A stretch of DNA of 64,000 nucleotides, from contig DUMB01000066.1 in assembly GCA_012840085.1 (NCBI GenBank), positions 19,209-83,208 of the forward strand, written 5' to 3'. Positions 59,437-64,000 of this stretch are shown here, piece by piece (the first letter of the stretch is position 1; each line of letters opens with the position of its first letter). The translations under genes were made by a program, and so were the position numbers. The stretch is from Clostridiaceae bacterium. GTDB taxonomy: Bacteria; Bacillota; Clostridia; Acetivibrionales; DUMB01. Below the pieces are notes generated by a model, which saw only the letters and a list, made by a program, of their open reading frames with translations, was not told the DNA's origin and did not search any database.

Positions 59437-59445
59437 AATTCCAGG

Positions 59446-59740
59446 CGGCATACAGAGCTTTAAAGCTAATAGACATGAGCTTCAGAGGTGACAGACAAGC
59501 AGAGCTTTAAAGCTAATAGAAAAACAGGGCTTTAGAGCTGACATATAAACGGAGTTTTAAAGATGACAGACAAAAGATTCACAGCTTACAGCTAAACAGA
59601 GCTTCAGGGCTTACAGAAAGCCTCTGAAGCTTTTTTGTAAATTTGACAGGAATATTGCAAAAATTCAGCAAATATTGTTAGAAATATTGCAAAAATTCAA
59701 CTAAGATTGGCAGGAATATTGCAAAAATTCAGATAATAGA
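59446..59740. repeat. Two adjacent degenerate tandem-repeat blocks: about 28-nt units (AGAGCTTTAAAGCTAATAGA-like) x ~5, then AATATTGCAAAAATTCAG x3
   Basis: Direct reading between cysS and the next gene. Confidence 0.65.
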
Positions 59741-59783
59741 TGAAAGATAGGAGAAAGGTTGTTGACAAAAAGGGGGAAGCAAT

Positions 59784-60428
59784 ATGTATAAGGTTTACAC
59801 AATTAAGAGAATCGATAAAAGTATTGCCAATGATGAAATCTGGCAGACAGTACCTGAGGCAGACATTGAATTTGCTCCATGGAATCAAAACGGTTACAGG
59901 CCAAAATCCACTGCGAAAATGTTTTATACTGAAGAAGCATTTCATGTGCTCCTCAAATCCTTTGAAAAGGAAATAAAGGCTGTTTACAGAAATATGAACG
60001 ATCCGGTTTGCAAGGATAGCTGCCTTGAATTCTTTTTCTGTCCGAATCCTGAAAGAGACAGGCGATATATGAATTTTGAGTTTAATCCTGTTGGTACCCT
60101 GTTTCTCAGCGTAGGCGAGGGAAGATATGACAGAAAGCTTTTATATACGAACTGGAAGGAAGCGTTTTGCGTTAAAACGGCAATAAGGAAGCAGACTCCT
60201 GAGAATAACAGCCAGCCCTTCTGGTCAGTGGAATTTTGTATCCCGTTTGAATTTATAAGAAGTATATATGGAAATATTGAATTTGTTTCAGGTCATAAAA
60301 TGAAGGGAAATTTCTATAAATGCGGTGATGAAACAAAATATCCCCACTACATGTGTTGGAATAATATATCGAAAAGCACACCTGATTTCCATGTGCCTGA
60401 ATTCTTTGGAGAATTGGTGCTTGAATAA
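59784..60428 (+). CDS. Hypothetical cytoplasmic protein, possibly carbohydrate-binding-family-9-like (DOMON-like) fold; an insertion between cysS and mrnC
   Basis: 214 aa with AAAGGGGGAAG RBS and ATG. The domain guess is weak. Confidence 0.4.
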   Translation: MYKVYTIKRIDKSIANDEIWQTVPEADIEFAPWNQNGYRPKSTAKMFYTEEAFHVLLKSFEKEIKAVYRNMNDPVCKDSCLEFFFCPNPERDRRYMNFEFNPVGTLFLSVGEGRYDRKLLYTNWKEAFCVKTAIRKQTPENNSQPFWSVEFCIPFEFIRSIYGNIEFVSGHKMKGNFYKCGDETKYPHYMCWNNISKSTPDFHVPEFFGELVLE

Positions 60429-60546
60429 AATCAGTTGCTCCCTGAATTGTTTACACCCTTTTTGGGAAGCGGAATTGTATTTGCTTTAAAAATTGCCTAT
60501 AATAATAACATATAAAGTTTATTGGTTTAAATAATATCTAAGTTTT

Positions 60547-61017
60547 GTGTATGTAAAGGTTGCTGAAATATTGAAAAATTTTTTTGAAAATGTAATAAGA
60601 GAATTTGAAATAAAGCATAAAGATATTTGCCAGATTCACCCTCTTGTGCTTGCTTATATCGGTGACGCGGTATATGAGGTGTTTATACGCACATTAGTTG
60701 TCTGTGAAGGCAATGCTACAGTGAACAGGCTTCACAGGAGATCTACCTGCTTTGTGAAGGCAAAAGCACAGTCTGATATAGTGCACAGAATTATGAACTT
60801 ATTGTCACCGGAAGAGCAGGACATTGTCAGAAGAGGCAGAAACGCTAAATCAGGGACTATTCCTAAAAATGCTGATGTGACAGAATACAAATATGCAACA
60901 GGTTTTGAATCATTGATAGGTTATTTGTACCTGAAAAAGGATTATGACCGGCTTATTGAGATTATGAAAATGTCTGTTGAGGATTTCGAAAATCACTGTC
61001 AAAATAACAGTCATTGA
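60547..61017 (+). CDS. mrnC: Mini-ribonuclease 3
   Basis: LAYIGDAVYEVFIR...RRGRNAKSGTIPKNADVTEYKYATGFESLIGYLYL is near-identical to the B. subtilis MrnC motifs. The start codon is uncertain. Confidence 0.8.
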   Translation: MYVKVAEILKNFFENVIREFEIKHKDICQIHPLVLAYIGDAVYEVFIRTLVVCEGNATVNRLHRRSTCFVKAKAQSDIVHRIMNLLSPEEQDIVRRGRNAKSGTIPKNADVTEYKYATGFESLIGYLYLKKDYDRLIEIMKMSVEDFENHCQNNSH

Positions 61018-61898
61018 GGAATCTTGAAAACATATTTTTACAAGGAGTGGGTTGCCTGGTGACAGAAAACAAAAGAAAAAGACCGGGATTAAAAGTTGAA
61101 GCAGAAAGAGGCAGGAAAGGTCGGGACAGATTTCAGGCTGACGGCGACTTTAGCGGGCGGGAAGAGAATTCAGACAAGCTTGAAGGTAGAAATTCAGTTA
61201 TTGAAGCCCTGAGGGCAGGAAGAACTATAAACAAAATACTGGTAGCACGTGGAGGCCGTGAGGGCTCCATAAATCAGATTATTGCCCTGGCCAGAGAAAA
61301 GGGCATTGTTGTGCAGGAAGTGGACAGGTCAAGGTTGGATAGTTTGTCAGAAACACGGGCCCACCAGGGAGTGATTGCTTTTGTAGCTGCAAAGGAATAT
61401 GTGGATGTGGATGATATTTTAGCGGCTGCAGAAGCAAAAAACGAGCCACCTTTCATTGTCATTCTTGACGAAATAACAGATGCCAACAATTTCGGCTCCA
61501 TATTGAGAACGGCGGATGCAGCCGGGGTTCATGGCGTAATCATACCTAAAAGGCGGGCTATAGGCCTTACTGCTGCAGTCTCAAAATCATCAGCAGGAGC
61601 CGTCGAATATGTGCCTGTGGCACGTGTGACCAACATATCCCAGACAATAGATTATTTAAAGAAAAAGTATATATGGGTTGTGGGCACAGATGCTTCTGGG
61701 GACAAGCCTTTTTACGCGAGTGACCTAAAAGGCCCGATCGCTCTTGTTATTGGAAGTGAAGGGGAGGGCATGAGCCGGCTGGTAAGGGAAAAGTGCGATT
61801 TTACTGTAAGTATTCCCATGAAGGGCAGAATATCGTCACTTAATGCATCAGTCGCAGCGGCCATTGTTATGTATGAAATTATGAAACAAAGAAGCTGA
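61014..61898 (+). CDS. rlmB: 23S rRNA (guanosine2251-2'-O)-methyltransferase (SpoU/TrmH family) with a basic N-terminal extension
   Basis: SPOUT motifs (ILDEITDANNFGSILRTADAAGVHGVI, LVIGSEGEGMSRLV). It overlaps mrnC (ATGA coupling). Confidence 0.85.
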   Translation: MRNLENIFLQGVGCLVTENKRKRPGLKVEAERGRKGRDRFQADGDFSGREENSDKLEGRNSVIEALRAGRTINKILVARGGREGSINQIIALAREKGIVVQEVDRSRLDSLSETRAHQGVIAFVAAKEYVDVDDILAAAEAKNEPPFIVILDEITDANNFGSILRTADAAGVHGVIIPKRRAIGLTAAVSKSSAGAVEYVPVARVTNISQTIDYLKKKYIWVVGTDASGDKPFYASDLKGPIALVIGSEGEGMSRLVREKCDFTVSIPMKGRISSLNASVAAAIVMYEIMKQRS

Positions 61899-61991
61899 TA
61901 AGAGAAAATGATGACAAAATAAAATGATTAGTCAACAAAATTAAATTATTGGTCAGATATATATTAAAATAATATGGTGGAAATGAATGTG

Positions 61992-62338
61992 ATGGAGTAC
62001 TTGGTTATTGACGGCTACAATCTTATTAATACCTGGGGAGATTTATTTGACGTTAAAGGGTAGCCGCTTGAGGATTGCAGGAATAAATATAAAGGTCATT
62101 TACTGTCAGAGTGGTGACATCCGGTTACCTTGAACAGAGGATGGTGTTTAGCAAAGGCGGTATAAGGGTGACGCCACAGGAATTGGGGCAGGAAATAATG
62201 AATACATGTAAGAATATGAAAAATGCTGCAGTGAACAAGCCTATTGCAGACAATGCTATAATGGCCGGAATATGTCAGGACGGGAGCCTCGCGAGAAACT
62301 TGGGAAAATACGACGGAGTAAGTTTTGACTTGACATAA
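61992..62338 (+). pseudogene. Remnant of yacP/rae1 (NYN-domain ribosome-associated endoribonuclease): N-terminal 23 codons then a stop; the C-terminal about 75 codons continue from about 62111; the catalytic core is deleted
   Basis: MEYLVIDGYNLINTWGDLFDVKG* matches the YacP N-terminus (ILLVDGYNMIGAW). ORF 62111..62338 (VTSGYLEQRMVFSKGGIRVTPQELGQEI) matches the YacP C-terminal block (VATSDYTEQWAIFGQGALRKSARELLREV). Only about 50 nt separate the pieces, against roughly 70 missing codons. It keeps the position between rlmB and sigH. Confidence 0.5.
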
Positions 62339-62623
62339 ATGCCTGAGTTACTTATAATTTAATTTGTGTTGTACTCTTTTTTGTTTGCATTCAAGTATGC
62401 AATACGGTTGAAATGCAGTTATTGCCTTGTATTAGGCTGCTGAAGTTCAGCAAAGACCGCTACTGGTTTCAATCTTGTTTCATATATATGCCCAATGTTG
62501 GGAAATCGTTGCTTTCACAAAAGAATTTATAAATAATTATTGTTTTTGCTATTTAATATTTTATATATGCTAATGTGAATAAAAAGATTTCCTAATAGGC
62601 TTTATAGATTACTTCACAGTTGC

Positions 62624-63292
62624 TTGAATAAACGGGGGGGCTTTATATTGAAATTGAATGCACATGCAAAGACGAAAAATGCTTATGACATAATGCCGGA
62701 TGAGGAATTGGTTGAAGATGCTAAGTCAGGCAACACGACAGCCCTCGAATATTTAATTAATAAGTACAAGAGTTTTGTACGTGCTAAAGCCAGGACTTAC
62801 TTCCTTATTGGAGCGGATAGGGAAGATATAATTCAGGAGGGTATGATAGGCCTCTACAAAGCAATTAGAGATTTCAGAGAGGACAAGCTTTCGTCTTTTC
62901 GTGCTTTTGCTGAGCTTTGTATAACAAGGCAGATAATAACGGCGATAAAAACAGCAACCAGGCAGAAACACATACCTCTCAATTCCTATGTCTCTCTCAA
63001 TAAGCCCATATTTGATGAAGAATCTGATCGCACCCTTATGGATATTATAAGTGAGGAAAGTATTACTGACCCTGAAGAAATGATAATAAACAGGGAAGAA
63101 TTTGCAGGTATTGAGATAAAAATGGGAGAGATATTAAGTAACCTTGAAATGGAAGTTTTGTCACTGTACTTGCAGGGCAAGTCATATCAGGAAATCTCCG
63201 AGGAATTGAACAGGCATGTAAAATCGATAGATAATGCGCTACAGAGAGTAAAAAGGAAGCTGGAAAAACATCTTGAAGAGGGAAAATCATAA
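62624..63292 (+). CDS. sigH: RNA polymerase sigma-H factor (Spo0H)
   Basis: Very high similarity to B. subtilis SigH across regions 2-4 (FVRAKAR.YFLIGADREDI.QEGMIGLYK.IRDF.EDKL.SF.AFAELCITRQIITAIKTATRQKHIPLNSY...ELNRHVKSIDNALQRVKRKLEK). The ORF starts with TTG; the exact start is uncertain. Confidence 0.9.
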   Translation: MNKRGGFILKLNAHAKTKNAYDIMPDEELVEDAKSGNTTALEYLINKYKSFVRAKARTYFLIGADREDIIQEGMIGLYKAIRDFREDKLSSFRAFAELCITRQIITAIKTATRQKHIPLNSYVSLNKPIFDEESDRTLMDIISEESITDPEEMIINREEFAGIEIKMGEILSNLEMEVLSLYLQGKSYQEISEELNRHVKSIDNALQRVKRKLEKHLEEGKS

Positions 63293-63404
63293 CAGCCACA
63301 AAAAATGCTGGACTTTGATAAATAAATGTGCTATAATACAAATCGCTCTTGATAATAGAATAAAGTTGAATCGACTTGACGGTTAAATAAAGTTGCGGGT
63401 GTAT

Positions 63405-63478
63405 GCGGGTGTAATTCAATGGTAGAATATCAGCTTCCCAAGCTGACTGCGTGGGTTCGATTCCCATCACCCGCTCCA
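63405..63478 (+). tRNA. tRNA-Gly (anticodon CCC)
   Basis: Cloverleaf read manually: acceptor GCGGGTG/CACCCGC, anticodon stem TCAGC/GCTGA, loop TTCCCAA, T-loop GGTTCGATTCC, CCA end. Confidence 0.8.
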
Positions 63479-63481
63479 CGT

Positions 63482-63556
63482 GCCCTCATAGCTCAGTAGG
63501 CAGAGCGCATCCATGGTAAGGATGAGGTCATCGGTTCGATTCCGATTGAGGGCTCC
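63482..63556 (+). tRNA. tRNA-Thr (anticodon GGU)
   Basis: Acceptor GCCCTCA/TGAGGGC, D-arm GCTCAGTAGGCAGAGC, anticodon stem CATCC/GGATG, loop ATGGTAA, T-arm ATCGGTTCGATTCCGAT, CCA end. Confidence 0.75.
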
Positions 63557-63559
63557 AAA

Positions 63560-63610
63560 TGAAATAACAGGCTTCCAAGAATGGAAGCCTGTTATTTCAT
63601 TTGGGATTTT
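63560..63610 (+). terminator. Rho-independent terminator after the tRNA pair
   Basis: GAAATAACAGGCTTCCaagaatGGAAGCCTGTTATTTCatttgggattttt. Confidence 0.75.
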
Positions 63611-63783
63611 TATTGAATTTGCACCAGTGACTTTATTTTTTCATTGAAGCGCTCTGCCGGCAGAGCATGCGAATCAAAAAGCGAGCAATACAAGGAAAGC
63701 GAACGTGGAGGAACGGAGCATATGGAGATATGTGAGTACCGCAGGCGTGAAGCTTGACGCAGTAGTGCGAAGCTTTTTGAGAG

Positions 63784-63837
63784 CAGAGCATCCATGGCAA
63801 GGATGGGGTCACTGTTCGATTCCGATTGAGGGCTCCA
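63784..63837 (+). repeat. Partial (3' two-thirds) diverged copy of the tRNA-Thr gene (anticodon loop through CCA), lacking a 5' acceptor/D arm
   Basis: cagagcatccatggcaaggatggggtcactgttcgattccgattgagggctcca versus the tRNA-Thr cagagcgcatccatggtaaggatgaggtcatcggttcgattccgattgagggctcca. It is followed by a different hairpin (AAGGAAAAGGCGTATCCAaatGGATACGtCTTTTCCTT). Confidence 0.6.
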
Positions 63838-63950
63838 AAGGAAAAGGCGTATCCAAATGGATACGTCTTTTCCTTTGCGTGTGCCACGCATGGCACGTAG
63901 CTAGGCGGTGAAAGTCCGCTGTGGGGGCAGGCAGTTGCCAACCACTAGCA

Positions 63951-63982
<32 letters not shown>

Positions 63983-64000
63983 TGAAGGAAGCCGGAAGCA

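Noticed and set aside
62111-62338. Independent 75-aa gene between rlmB and sigH
   Set aside because: The sequence matches the C-terminal block of YacP/Rae1, and an N-terminal YacP fragment lies 50 nt upstream. It was therefore interpreted as part of a decayed yacP rather than a stand-alone gene.

Overview
This 64 kb window is a low-GC (about 38-40%) Firmicutes/Clostridia chromosomal segment. Its gene order closely mirrors the origin-proximal region of Bacillus subtilis: yaaO-like decarboxylase, tmk, darA(yaaQ), yaaR, holB, ricT(yaaT), trmN6(yabB), rsmI, abrB, metG, tatD, yabE, ksgA, then cysE, cysS, mrnC, rlmB, a yacP remnant, sigH and tRNAs. Interspersed are a folate operon (folP-folB-folK), birA-coaX, spmAB, a GTP-dependent PEP carboxykinase, an nfeD-floT flotillin operon, zapA, a U32 peptidase, dut, and many sporulation-type small genes (SASP, DUF378, DUF1540-like, YtxC-like, an orphan histidine kinase). 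No transposase, integrase, CRISPR array or recognisable defence operon was seen. The most unusual content is: (i) an AbrB whose C-terminal domain is replaced by a 4-Cys zinc ribbon, with a perfect Spo0A box in its leader; (ii) a convergent polyprenyl synthase plus YtpB-like (tetraprenyl-beta-curcumene synthase family) pair; (iii) an HprK-like P-loop fused to an Asp23 domain, next to a Cys-rich protein; (iv) an orphan ncRNA candidate of about 270 nt with a textbook sigmaA promoter and terminator; (v) a decayed yacP/rae1; (vi) a partial tRNA-Thr 3' copy plus a structured RNA-like 5' end at the window edge, a possible mobile-element boundary; (vii) an unusual density of unrelated intergenic minisatellites, including a 9-unit iteron-like array, and a recurring 10-3-10 palindrome. 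All calls rest on reading the sequence and ORF translations by eye; no database search was run.
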